NCBI GenBank assembly: GCA_964016885.1
Contig: OZ024743.1
Span: forward strand, 234,856,001 to 234,920,000
Origin: Eledone cirrhosa
Taxonomy: Eukaryota
DNA length: 64,000 nt
Direction: 5' to 3'
This document shows positions 37,333 to 49,280 of this stretch, one piece after another. The notes under the pieces are model-generated. The model saw only the letters and a list, made by a program, of their open reading frames with translations, ran no database searches and was not told where the DNA came from. The first letter of the stretch is position 1. Each line of letters starts with the position of its first letter. Position numbers and translations under genes: made by a program.

Positions 37333-39831
37333 ATATATATATATCAATCATTATACCCCCCTTCCATTCACTATCAAATGTAAGGTTAACAAGGGAATGA
37401 AAAATTACAGAGAAGATTCTCTGTTATATATCCAGATTTTTAATTCATCTGAAACCTGCTTGACTTGAATGGTTATACCAATTAAACCACAAATCTTTCT
37501 GTTGCTGAAGTTACATATTCCTTTGCAATAAATAAAAAAAATGGCAACACAGTTTGAAAGTCCTGAAAACAGAATCAGACTCATTCTAATGAAAATGTAT
37601 CCTACTAATTGCTTTCTTTCAGAATCATATAGGGTTTAGCATACTTCTATTGGCAGATTTTCTCATATAAATCATTTCATTACCAAATCTCCCTGTAAAA
37701 AAAGTCTAAAAGTTTCAGAAACGTAGTTCCAACCTTGCCCTTTTCAGACAAAGTTGTCCCAAAATTGTTTATTTGTTGAAATTTTGTCTTCTTTAATCAG
37801 TCCTTGAAGATAACTATTAATATTAAGCCTCTGTAAGGGAATACCTTATAGAAGTACGTGATATTTTTATCAAAATTCACTGTAGACTGTTTTTGAGAAT
37901 ATGTATACATATAATTTTTTGGACCTCTTATCACAAAACTATTACAGATATAGCACAAATATAAGCAATTAGGATACTATATGATGAAAAATTCTGCCCC
38001 CCCCCCCCCTTCCTTTATGCCCACTGTATGATACCATGTTATGTGTGGTCTACGTCTGCCTGTAAAAATTGTCTATTGATTCTTTCTTTAAACATTCTAA
38101 CCACATGTCCAAAGTATTGGAGCTGCGATCTCTAAATGTCGCTCATTGGACTAAATTGCTATTACCATTATTAAAAAAAACACGGTGGTTTGGCAGTATC
38201 GGTAAAGGGTCAGACGCCATGCTTTGCAGCATAGAGTTACCTCCCTTTATGATCTGAGTTCAAATCCCGCTGAGGTTAACTTTGCCTTTCATCCTTACAG
38301 GGTCGATAAAATAAAGTACCAGTAATACACTGAGATAATTGCTGGTCTTCTGCCAAAAGTAGAAACAATTATAAAAAAAAAAACACATAAAACGAAAAAA
38401 GTCTTATGTAATTTCGTATAAAATAATTTTATTTTAAAAATAAAATGCATTTTTTTTTTTTAAATATTTAATTACGAAAGGCATACACATTTGAAGAGAC
38501 AGAAGATGTATAAAGGTTACAATAGAGTCAAAGAGAGAGATGTATAAAGGTTACAACGACAGAAGATGTATAAAGGTTACAGTAGCAGTACAGAAGGAAA
38601 ATATGTTAGTGATGGTTGTAGAAGCAATAGAATAGACAGATTGCAGTTATATCCCAATCATCAGCTACTACTAGTACCTTTAAAAGCCAAAGAGGGAGCC
38701 TCTAGACTGTAAGTCTTACAAATCCCTAAGATGGGAAGCTCATGGAAGGAATACTTTTGATCATGGTCGATCTGGGGCTAAACAACCTTTCAGGTAGGGT
38801 GTACCGAAATATTGTCCTCTGTCAACTTTAAAAAATCCGTTTAGAATGAAAAAGTAAAAACACCTTGTATGCCTAAATTATGTATCTGTGTCCATATTGA
38901 AGGCTTTGTCAAAGAGAAACAGTTTTGGCAGAGTGCATTATTCTCCAGAATATTTAATATAGCTGGAAATTGTTCAAGGTACAAGATTAAGCAATACAAG
39001 AATTGAACCTTGTATTGCAAACTTCACTCACTAGGAATTTATCATTATCCGTGTGTATATCATGACTCATACACTGTTCATTTTCCTGACATTTGTACAT
39101 AACTCTATGTACTATACATGCACATTTGATGAGTTGTAGTGCACATGAGCACTGTACACAATTTTCATTTTTTTTTTTTTTTTTTTTTTTCTTATCATCA
39201 TCATCATTGTTTAATGTCCATTTTTCCAAGCTAGCATGGCTTAGACACCTTTGCAATATGTACAAATAAATATTGCATGAAAATGCATGTTAGCAAAGAG
39301 AAAATAAATAAAAAGAAAAGTCGTGTGTGTCCAGTGAGAATTGAATCTCTATCCTCTGAGTAATGGCCAAGTACATACACCATCTTCCGTTTATGATTTA
39401 GAAAACAAGTCATTTGATGGAGAAATAAGTATCTCTGTTTTTTTGTTTTTTTCTATAGGCACAATGCTAATTTTTGCAAGAGATACAAGGTAGTTTCAAT
39501 TGAATTGACTGTAAAAGCTGAACTTGGTGAGAATTGAACTTAGAGAAGTGTAAAACTGCAGTCTCAGATAGCTTCATTCTTTTTAAAGAGGGAATATTAG
39601 CTCCTTTCTTAGGGTTCGTGCAATGGGATTTTATAGTCTCTGTTTACCAAATTTCATAGCCAAGGCTATAGAAGATACCGTCCAAATTTCTGCACCAATC
39701 TCAAACTGTGATACAAACTTAAAATCTATTCTCAGCAAGAATTGAACTCAGAATGTAGGGCAATGATATTCAATAATGTAAGGCAGTCCATTTCTGCCAA
39801 TTCCAACAACCTTTATAAAGGAGAGAAAGAA

Positions 39832-40758
39832 TTATGGGCAAGTGAGATTTACATTTTTCAATTGTTGATAAATAATTTTCATATTTCTCGGTGTCACATG
39901 ATGTCCACTTATTGTGTTTTTATAGGCACAACCAGTATGTGGCTTATTATGGATTGTAAACATGTAATTTCCTATTCTTAATGCATTCACTCGATTTGCA
40001 AGTATTCCTGTTACATAAACATCTTCAAGCCAGAAAAGCTTTTCATTAAATGATTCTGCATACAATTCTGGTACAATATCACCTGAAATTAAATAAGCAG
40101 TCCCAGAAACATAGTCAGGAAATTCATTATTTTTGTATTGGGATATGGGTGTGTACCATTTAGATGAACTATGTCTGATAGGTGCAGCATGTTTGAAAAC
40201 TAAACCCATGATAAACCGAGAATGTTTGAAGTGTAGAGCTGCTTTTTCTAATAATGGAAGATTTATATACATATCATCATCTGTTTTCAACACAAATTTT
40301 ACTTTTTTACATGAAAAATTGACCCAGCGTAGGTAAGAAATTGACTTTAAAGACAAATTTTCATAATGATCAATATAGTTCTCTTGTACAATATCACCAT
40401 ATTTTACACTTTCTTCATCAATATCATCTTGAACTCCAGGAATACGTGAAAGGCCTTCAAAAAATACCAACTTAAATTTTGAATTGTTCCAAGCATACTG
40501 ACCCCAAGTCTCTCGTATGGTTTTTCGACGTAGTCTATGTATTGGGGCTGAACACACAGCAACAAGGATCTCAACAGTGTCTGAACAGTTGTTTGTCAAA
40601 TGAATATATGAGGTATAGTGTGACTGTATATTTACATTTGAAAATGGAAGAAATTTGTACCATCTGCTTGAAAATATGTTCATGTAGGTTTCTGAATTGA
40701 TTTGGTTCATGAGAATAATGTAAACAAAAACTGCAGTAACTACTATTGTCATCCACAT
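39832..40758 (-). CDS. Beta-1,3-galactosyltransferase (GT31, B3GALT1/brainiac-like), main coding exon
   Basis: N-terminal TM segment; RRKTIRETWG, ESVKYGDIVQENYIDHYENLSLKS, KFVLKTDDD, FPDYVSGTAYL, LEDVYVTG. An acceptor ttccag| 17 nt upstream of the ATG implies an upstream exon. Confidence 0.93.
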   Translation of the reverse strand: MWMTIVVTAVFVYIILMNQINSETYMNIFSSRWYKFLPFSNVNIQSHYTSYIHLTNNCSDTVEILVAVCSAPIHRLRRKTIRETWGQYAWNNSKFKLVFFEGLSRIPGVQDDIDEESVKYGDIVQENYIDHYENLSLKSISYLRWVNFSCKKVKFVLKTDDDMYINLPLLEKAALHFKHSRFIMGLVFKHAAPIRHSSSKWYTPISQYKNNEFPDYVSGTAYLISGDIVPELYAESFNEKLFWLEDVYVTGILANRVNALRIGNYMFTIHNKPHTGCAYKNTISGHHVTPRNMKIIYQQLKNVNLTCP

Positions 40759-41400
40759 GAAGATTTTTGATTTACCTGGAAATAATCAGAAACAGAGATC
40801 TAATTATGTATATATATATTCATTTATGTTTAGTGGTTCACCACTGGATAGAACTGGTCATTCCGTTTAGTAGGAAAAGCACTCCATGTAAACGAACTAA
40901 GAGAGGGACTAGGCGTAAGAGAAATCAAATCCGGTGTGCAGGAGAGGAGATTGCATTGGTATGGACATGTGATGCATATGAAAGATGACAGCTGCATAAA
41001 AAGGTGCAGATCCCTTGGAGTGGGTGACCCAGGAAGAGGGGAGAAAAGCTAACCTTGCACACAGAACTGAGATCTCTGGTGTTACGCAGCAATACAGAAG
41101 ACTTGACTTCCTACGGGCACAGGCCGAAGCTGAAGCACATATATGGGTCATCACACACCAAGTCAGTACTTAATCAGAGATACTGACCTCTGAGACAGGC
41201 CATGGGTTCACATCTTACATACATTCCTATATTTTACAGACTGTATCAGGTGCATTTAATCATGGCATCCTCTCAGGCAGATCAGAGGTCATCTCATCTC
41301 ACATACATTTTTGCCCTCTGCAGAAAGCACAGGGTGTATTTTATCATGGCACTAGCATGAGAGAAGTTGTATTTAACACAATTGAAGACTCCTTTCACCA

Positions 41401-42773
41401 CACAAACCAGAAGGGTCATTGGAAATTTTTGAAGCAAGCCAACACACTCACAGCATTAGTCTTAATGAGGTATTATTTTTTTATATAGGAAGTGCTTAAC
41501 AAATTCGTAAAAGTATAGATTATTTGAGGTTTTTATATAAGATTTCTCGATGAAAGAAAAGTCGAAAAGAGCTATATCGAAATTTCTGAACACCATAGAC
41601 CCTCAAACGGTTGATAATTTCTTCAGCAGTTTTAAATGAAACGGTTGTTCAGAATTGATGGGAAAAAACCTCACGGTCTTACACTGTGCCCCTGGTAAAG
41701 AGGTAGGTGCTTTATCTGGGACATCACAATTAATGACTCTTTTGCTTCTTCCCTGGATCCAGCGGTAAGGGCGAGAGCTACAGCTTCCGCAGCTGAACAG
41801 AACAAAATCCTAAAATATCATGATCTGCTGACTAACTACATTTTCCAGCCTGTGGCGTTCGAGACGTTTGGGGGAGTCGGGCTACTGACTGCAAGATTCT
41901 TATCTTCACTGGTGGCTCACCTAACAGAGGTAACTGGTGATACTCGTGAGGGCGCTTAGTTGTTCCAGCACATCAGCCTCGCCATCAACCGAGGTAACGT
42001 TGCGAGCGTGCCTCAAAAATTATTAGAGAGGTTTCCTAGTGCTCCTCAAGATATTATCTTTTGATCTGGTAGCGGCTCGTTTGTCCACCCCTTTCGTCTG
42101 CATTTTGTTGCAGGTGGTCCTAGATGTGTGTATTACATGCTTATGTGTTTTTTCTCTTTCTTTTCCTCTTTTTTTCCTTTCCCTTTCCTTTTATGTTTTT
42201 GTTTTCGTTCTGTAAGCATTATATTATTTTTTGTTTATACAACTGTGAATGAAATAACCAATAGTGTCTTAAGATATATTTCCCACTGAAGTCGAAGTGG
42301 CGAGGGTTCTACACACATTCCGTATATGACATGTGATTTCCAGTGTAGAACTATAATTAGTCTGATATTTTATTGTCATATAACAAATATATGAGGGTAA
42401 ATAGAAACACATACATATAATCAATAAATTATTGCTAGGAACCTTATAAATGTAATACACAAAAATATGTAATCAAAGCTAGAAAAAAACTTCAATTCAA
42501 ACCTAAGTGCGTCAATCGATCACAAACCAGAAGGCTCATCGGAAATTTTTGAGGCAAACCAACAATACTCGCTGCATTGGTCTTACTGGTTTTTTTTTTG
42601 TTTTTTTTTATATAGAAAGTGCTCAACAAATTCGTAAAAGTATAGATTATTTGAGGTTTCGATATAAGTTTTCTCGATGAAAGAAAAGTCGAAAAGAGCT
42701 ATATTGAAATTTCTGAACATCATAGACCCTCAAACGGTTGACAATTTCTTCAGCAGTTTTAAACGAAACGGTT
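41401..42773. repeat. ~250-bp direct duplication (41401-41646 and 42521-42773)
   Basis: cacaaaccagaagg...ttcttcagcagttttaaa(t/c)gaaacggtt occurs twice with scattered differences. Confidence 0.9.
41651..42265 (+). mobile_element. 5'-truncated non-LTR retrotransposon with restriction-like endonuclease (CRE-like), pseudogenised
   Basis: 41651-42013 translates [29 protein letters not shown]...AEQNKILKY...YIFQPVAFETFG...VTGDTREGA*LFQHISLAINRGN. A T-rich 3'UTR follows. Confidence 0.8.
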
Positions 42774-45700
42774 CTGATTTTCTTTTTTAATTGCAATCCA
42801 CATCCCTTCTTAATTGCTAATAATTGAGTTATAAATCCTGAATCTTAGATGTTCAAAACATATATATCGGAAAAGGATTTTTTTCTCTTCTTTTAATGCG
42901 TAATAACAAAAGCTAGATGTGAAATTGGGTATGGTCTGAAACTGCGAAACTTTTGCAAAGTTAGCAATCTAATTGAGAAGGAAGATTTAGTATTTTCTAT
43001 CCCTCTCTCTTTTTTTAGTATCTAGTAGCAGCCAAATCCCCCACCCCAACCAAAAAACTCGTTAAATATTGGCGATTCTTCATATTACGGTCATACACTA
43101 AAAAGAAGCACAGACCTAATAAAATGTTCTAAAGAAACGAATAATAAAGTTTCTTACGTTTTGATCATATATTTGTGTGCATTATATTTATGAGGTTCCG
43201 AGCAATAATTAATTGGATTTATTATTTTTTTTAAATTATATTTATATTTTCATCCTATAAGAATTATAGACAAAATACAAAACAAAATCTATAATTTTTA
43301 ATAGATAAATTTATGAAATGTAATTTACCCGATAAAGAATAAATCAAAACTATATATTAAAAAAATATATGTATTATATAAATATTCATTTACCAAGGAT
43401 AATATTGTTTGAGTTAAAATCTTTTAAGAAATACATGCAAGAATTCTATATTTCTTTTAGTCGAGTCGCTCTGATATTGCACCAAACAATTCTATTCTCA
43501 TTAAATATATATTTTATATAGTTATATATTTACTATGTAAAAACGTTATTAAATATATATAATTGAAGCATTATTGTTTATATCTTTAGAACATGTAATG
43601 ATATTTGTCTTAGTATTTTCTTGCGAGTTTACGGCCGTAGTATGAAGGATCGTCGAGTAATGTAGTCCAAGACAATGTCTGAATACAAAAAATGGGATGG
43701 TCATGGATGGCATGTTTTGACCACGAGTCTGCTCAATCAAAGCTGAGTAGGTTATAAACTGCATATGTTGTCCCTCGATCTTCTAAAAAAGCAGCCAAAT
43801 TATCTACTAATTATACCTTACCGTTTTAAATAAGAAAAAGACAAATGATATGATATAGTTTTAGATATTCTTACAAAAAAAAAAAGCGATATACTTAGGG
43901 CTGGCTTTGATCACCTGAGACTAAACAACAGCAAAATAGGTAGGTGTAGATGTCTGGGGGGTATTTCCATGTCTATTATAAATACTTAAGTTAAATGATA
44001 GAATTATCTATTTGAAAGCACGAAGTATGGAATCATTTGGGGCCATTTTTAAAAAAAACAAGTGCTTGAAATGAATACTTACAGATTTCTTTTCCTGGCA
44101 TAGTAAATGGCACCTTGGTATTAGTAAAACAACGACAGACTTAACACATTTTGAAGTATCTATTATATCGTTTTCGCTTTGGTAATAGGAATACTGCCAA
44201 ACCAATGAAATAACAGATATCCTATCATAATAATTTCGGCAACAGAGAGTAAGGACTACTGAGGTGACATTAGGATATGTGTTATTTAAAGAAAAATATA
44301 AACACTTATTTAAGCTGTTTGGTATCAAAAGAATTAAATGACTTTACATTATAATAGAGTTTTATTTATATAAATCATCAAAAGATTAATTATTTGCAGT
44401 AAGAAAGTAATCAGAGAAAAGAAAAGAAAACAAGCAGAGAAAAAGAAAAAGGAAGACATAAATAATAATTGTTTCTACTTTTGGCACAAGGCTAGCAATT
44501 ATACCAGTGTATTACAGGTACTTCATTTTATCGATCCCATAAGGATGAAAGGCAAAGTTAACCTCAGCGGGATTTGAACTCAGATCATAAAGGGCCGTAA
44601 CTCTTTGCTGCAAAGCATGGTGTCCGACCCTCTACCGATACTGCCAATCCAAATAATGAAAATTAGTGTGTACAGTGCTCAGGTGCACTACACATCACAA
44701 GGGGCGCTAGAGATTCTCTCTAATAATGTTTGACACCACAACAGGGGGCACTCAAGTCTCCCTTTAATGATGTTTGAAGCATGCCAACACATCCATGGCA
44801 TTGCCATGTGTTAGCGTGACTAAGGTGCAGGGATAACCAAGTACCCTCACAGGGATCACCTGATACATCACTAAGGCGAGCTGCCAACAATGATAAAAAC
44901 CTTGTCTGTGGTCCGGCTCCCCCAAATGTCACATGCTGAAAAAAATAGTTTGCCCATAATTACATAAGAATTTTATTCCATTTGGCTATGGATGCAGTGG
45001 CCCTCACATTCGCCGCAACATTCAAATGTGAGAAAGAGTGAAAGAGTTGCTAACTGTGGCATCTAATCTACCTCTAACCCAAAACAAAGAGTAAGATCAG
45101 CTCTGGCCTTTTCCCATCAAATCTAGACAATCCAGAACTGAGGGGATATTAACTCGTCCCAGAATCCACTTTATTATTAGATTTAGCTCGATATGACAAT
45201 GAAGTGATCTGCATTCAGATGGCAGATCAATCCATGAAGATCTATGGTGAAGTGAGATAGAAAAAGAGATGGTAACAATTTAAACAGAAACTATGAACAA
45301 TCACCAATGTAACCCCACCCTCTCATACACACCTCTTCAAATCTAAGTGTACTACATACAAAATGCAACTATGATATAGCCTCATATATGTAATATAGGG
45401 AGGTAGCTTCAACTATTTCTATGGAGATTTGACAGAATATATTTCCAAGATGATCTTACTGATAACTATTTCTGTGCATCTGTTACATATGAATATTTCC
45501 TTATCTGTATGCCTGCCTGTGATCTCACTACACTGCTTGTGCCCCCTACTCCACCTAGATAGCTGTAGAGCTATATTTTCTTTACTCCTGACTAAAACAT
45601 TTTGTCTGGAGAACTATTATAAAACATACTGGAACATAAAGTTTCCCACTGAACTTATTCACAGATGGGATCTTTCTCCATGGCTTGCACAGCTCTCACA

Positions 45701-46199
45701 AGCCATTATTCTACATCCCTTCATTTTAGTTATCCTCTCCTCTTTCATTGTTTAATGATATTTGCTCAGTCCCTGACATTGAGAAGAAAAAGGCATGGAA
45801 ACTTGATGAGTATGAGTGAAAAGAATGGATGGGAGAGAGGGGGATTATCCCAAATAGATCCAAACAGAGGGATCAGCTATTGACTGATACTTTTTTATTG
45901 ACCTCAAAAGGATGAAAGGCAAAGTTGACCTCAGAGAGCCAGAAGGAATACCACAAAGCATTCTATTCGATGTTCTAATGACTCAACCAATTTATCGTAT
46001 GTTTGGGTATATATTCCTTAAGATAGAGCATACCAACAACCTTGATAGAAAGAGTAGATTCTTTTAAACCTATGGTAGACACAAGAATAGGTTGTCGTTG
46101 GCAGAACTTGTTGCTAAGTATTGGGGTGCTCATTGACATTTCCTTCTGCGTGAAATGAGTGCTATGTTGAATCTGAGATGTCTGCAGCCACTGCATCAT

Positions 46200-47990
46200 A
46201 GGGTAGGAAGGTTTAGGGGAAAGAAAGCTCTGGCTTTTCTTTGGGTTCTGTTCATCTCTTCTATTTGCCTTCCGGTATTTTCAAAGGATGTTTTTTGTGG
46301 ATTGTTCTTCTCCAATTGGTTCTTTCTGCAGCTTTCCACTCCCAATTGACTGACCAATTTCTGTCCTCAGCAAAGTGTTTTCGAGCTGATCCTTGAATCA
46401 ATGATGTGGAGCTCCATGGTCTCTTGCCAGATGCGAGCTCTGAGAAGAGAATTTGTTTGGGTAGGTAGATGTCTGGCATTTCGGCAAGGTGTCCGGCCCA
46501 TTGAAGTCGATGGCAAGTCATGATGGTGTCTTGGCTCTCTATCTTTGTGATCTGGTCCTGCCATGAGATCCGTAGGATTTAATGAAGTTTCATTTGATGG
46601 AATCGTTGAAGTTTGTGGATGTCTATTCGGTAGAGTACCCATATCTCACAGGCATAGAGGAGAGTAGAGATTACAACAGCTCAGTAGACCATGAAAATGG
46701 TGGTTTGTGTTAGCCCAGGATTGCCGAACACTCTTTGGAATAACTTCCTGCATGTTGCGTGGGTAGCCTTGATTCGGTTATCAACGTTATTTTCAGTGGA
46801 TGCATTTGATGTTAGTATGCTGCCAAGGTATGGAAATTGTTCAACGTTCTCCAGGTCCAGTCTGCTGATGGCAATTTTGGCTCCAGTTAGTGGTTGGAGC
46901 AGGACCTTGGTTTTTGCCATATTGATAGTGAGTCCATAGAGCATGTACGCTCTGGAGAAGTTGCCCACTGAGTTCTGGACCGGAGGCAAGCTATGTTGAA
47001 GAGGCTGCCATTGGTGCAGTATCAAAGGTCAATTCCTGAGTTGTTTGGAATCTCCCGTAGCATTGCCATCAAGTATATAGAAAAGAGGGTAGGAGTAAGA
47101 ACACATCCTTGTTTCAAACACCTTGTGATTGGGAATGGGTCCGAAAGGCCAGTTTGATGTTGGACATGACCTATCATTCCCTTGTGTAGAGCTTGGATGA
47201 GCACCATGAATTTCTCAGGGCAACTATAGTGTCTGAGGACCTGCCATATGGCTGGTCTAGGAACACTGCCAAATGTTTTTTCAAGATTGTAAAAAAAAAA
47301 AAATCGTTCCCATGGTTTTTGCTGCTCTCTACACTTTTTCTAGATTTGTCTCATGGAGAAAATCATATTGATGGTTCCTCTGTTGGCTCTTGAACCACAT
47401 TGACTTTCAGAGCAGTTGTTCTCCGACAAGGGCCTTCCCTGTGATGGACAACCGAGAGATTTCACTGTAGTTTCCACAAATGCTTCTATCTCTCTTCTTG
47501 AAGATGGTGACAATATTCGTATACTTCCTCCTTTTCCCTAATATGTAGGAAGATACTTGTTTTGAGTTCCAGGAGAATGTTATCAGCCTCAGGGCTCTAA
47601 AGGATCAGATGGACTTGAGTGCAGCTTCGAAATCATGATAGGTAGGGTTGGCAGACATCCATTGTCGTACTGGGTGTTGTGGGACACATTTGACGAAGTC
47701 TGGTGCTGCAGTGGAGTCATGATTGAGAAAGGTAGGGAAGTGTTCTTGCCATCTTGCTAGAATCTCTTGGGTCTTGGTGATTTCAGTGATTATTAGCCAC
47801 TTTCAGGATGGACGAAGACTTCCTGATGGGACTGAAAACCTTTTTGATTCCTGAGAATCACATTCCGACTGTTGGCATATTGTTGTAGTTCTTCCACCTT
47901 GTCTCTCCACCAGTGGTTTTGGATACCATGGTGCTCTCTTTGGCAGTGAGCCTTGTGATGGAAAAATTTAGCTTTCAGTTATTGATAAGA
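46200..47990 (-). mobile_element. Degraded RTE (BovB-like) LINE, RT region
   Basis: Fragments LKQGCVLTPTLFSIY, YGLTINMAKTKVL, LENVEQFPYLGS and RLQWAGHL...LPKQILFSEL..GKR in shifting frames. A smaller related fragment lies at about 58230-58600(-). Confidence 0.85.
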
Positions 47991-49142
47991 TGGGTGGGAT
48001 TCATATTCAATTTTGGAGATAGCTACTAAATACCTGATCAAATAAAATGTGATATCTCTGCCTCCAAACCACTATATTGTCTTAGATGTCAATTGTGCTA
48101 ACCAGTGTGAAAGATGTCACTCCCATTGTCATGGAATAATTTGTATGTGTCTTCACATCATCAAAATACAATACATAATCCTGGTTTAAAACCAAAATAT
48201 TCAATGTCAGGTTTGAGTAATGAAATGTGTGTATATGTGTATAGGGAGATCCCCAGATTTTAATAAAATGTTTCGAGTGCAAGAAGAATAACAAGACAAT
48301 GAAACAGTCCTAATAGTTTATTACAGCCACAAAGTGTAGTTACAACTTGTACAGTATGACAATGTCTGACTAGTTGACATTCGTTGCATGCGTTCAGATG
48401 TTGTGCATGGCCTTGCAAGAATGGAGACAAGAAGAAAAGGAAAGAGCTGTCTACTTGTTTGTTTTCATGTAATTTGAGATACTGGTTATCAAATAGTAAA
48501 GCTGCAACAAAAATCTGCATCTTGTGAGCCCAAAACTAATCAACAGTAAAACATTTTACTATAAATTAATGAAAAGATCTCACTTAAAAGAGTATCTTGA
48601 GAAATAAGCCCACAGTGTTCATTTCTTGCAGGCCTACAAAGTTTCTTCAGAAAAACAATTTTTTTCTTTGATTAAAAGAAAACATTCTATAACTTAAATA
48701 GATGCTTATAATGCCCAATTTTGTTTCATGTTATGTTACATATAATGAATATATTATAACAGTAGAAATCTCAACAGCAAAAATATATTATTTTAGCAGT
48801 AATTAATCAAATCCACTAAGCAATATCGTATTTTAAGACTATTAGTTAAATATTGTTTCTGATTTTGTTTGTTTTGTTTTCTTTACAGAAGAAAGAATTT
48901 GAATAATATGAAAAAGAATATAAAGTTAAGTTGATTAAAATGTTTCACCGATTTCTTTCTGCAAAGGTCGACAAATAAGAGAATGGCATGAAGTCTTGTT
49001 ACAGGGGAGAATACTCCTCCATGTAACTAGAGATAAGATTGTACAAGACAAAGTAGTTTGTGCCACAGTTTAAATAATTAAACAATTCAAATACTATTAA
49101 TTAGAAATTAACAGAAAAAAAAATTGAAACAAAAATGAATAC

Positions 49143-49280
49143 CTTTCATTAGAGGAAAAGGATGATGATGAGGAGGAGGCTAGTTGGAGTTCTAATATCC
49201 GTTATAAAATACTCTGAAGACTACAAATATTGGGCAAGAAAACAACAAACTGGATAGACTCAATTTTGAGAAAGTATAAG
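49143..49280 (-). other. Candidate upstream exon of the B3GALT gene (5'UTR plus ATG AAA G)
   Basis: Branch-like ctaac, polypyrimidine tract and cag| acceptor at 49281; donor ATGAAAG|gtattc at 49142. Joined to the 40775 acceptor it gives in-frame MKGKSKIF-MWMTIVV. Confidence 0.4.

Larger units (their letters stand above)
33009..38028 (-). mobile_element. Fossil RAG1-like/Transib-superfamily DNA transposon with 5-bp TSD, interrupted by nested insertions
   Basis: TGATA(33004-33008) CACAGTG(33009-33015) ... CACTGTA(38022-38028) TGATA(38029-38033). A decayed RAG1-core-like ORF lies on the - strand between the ends. Confidence 0.8.

Noticed and set aside
37440-37500. First catalytic Asp (RAG1 D600 equivalent) of the transposase
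   Set aside because: Only a vague CGLIG/TENLL..IPL resemblance; too decayed to call by eye.
43157-43168. ATGATCAAAAC|gtaaga as the coding first exon of B3GALT
   Set aside because: Joined to the 40775 acceptor it reads MIKT*, out of frame. It could only be a non-coding or uORF exon.
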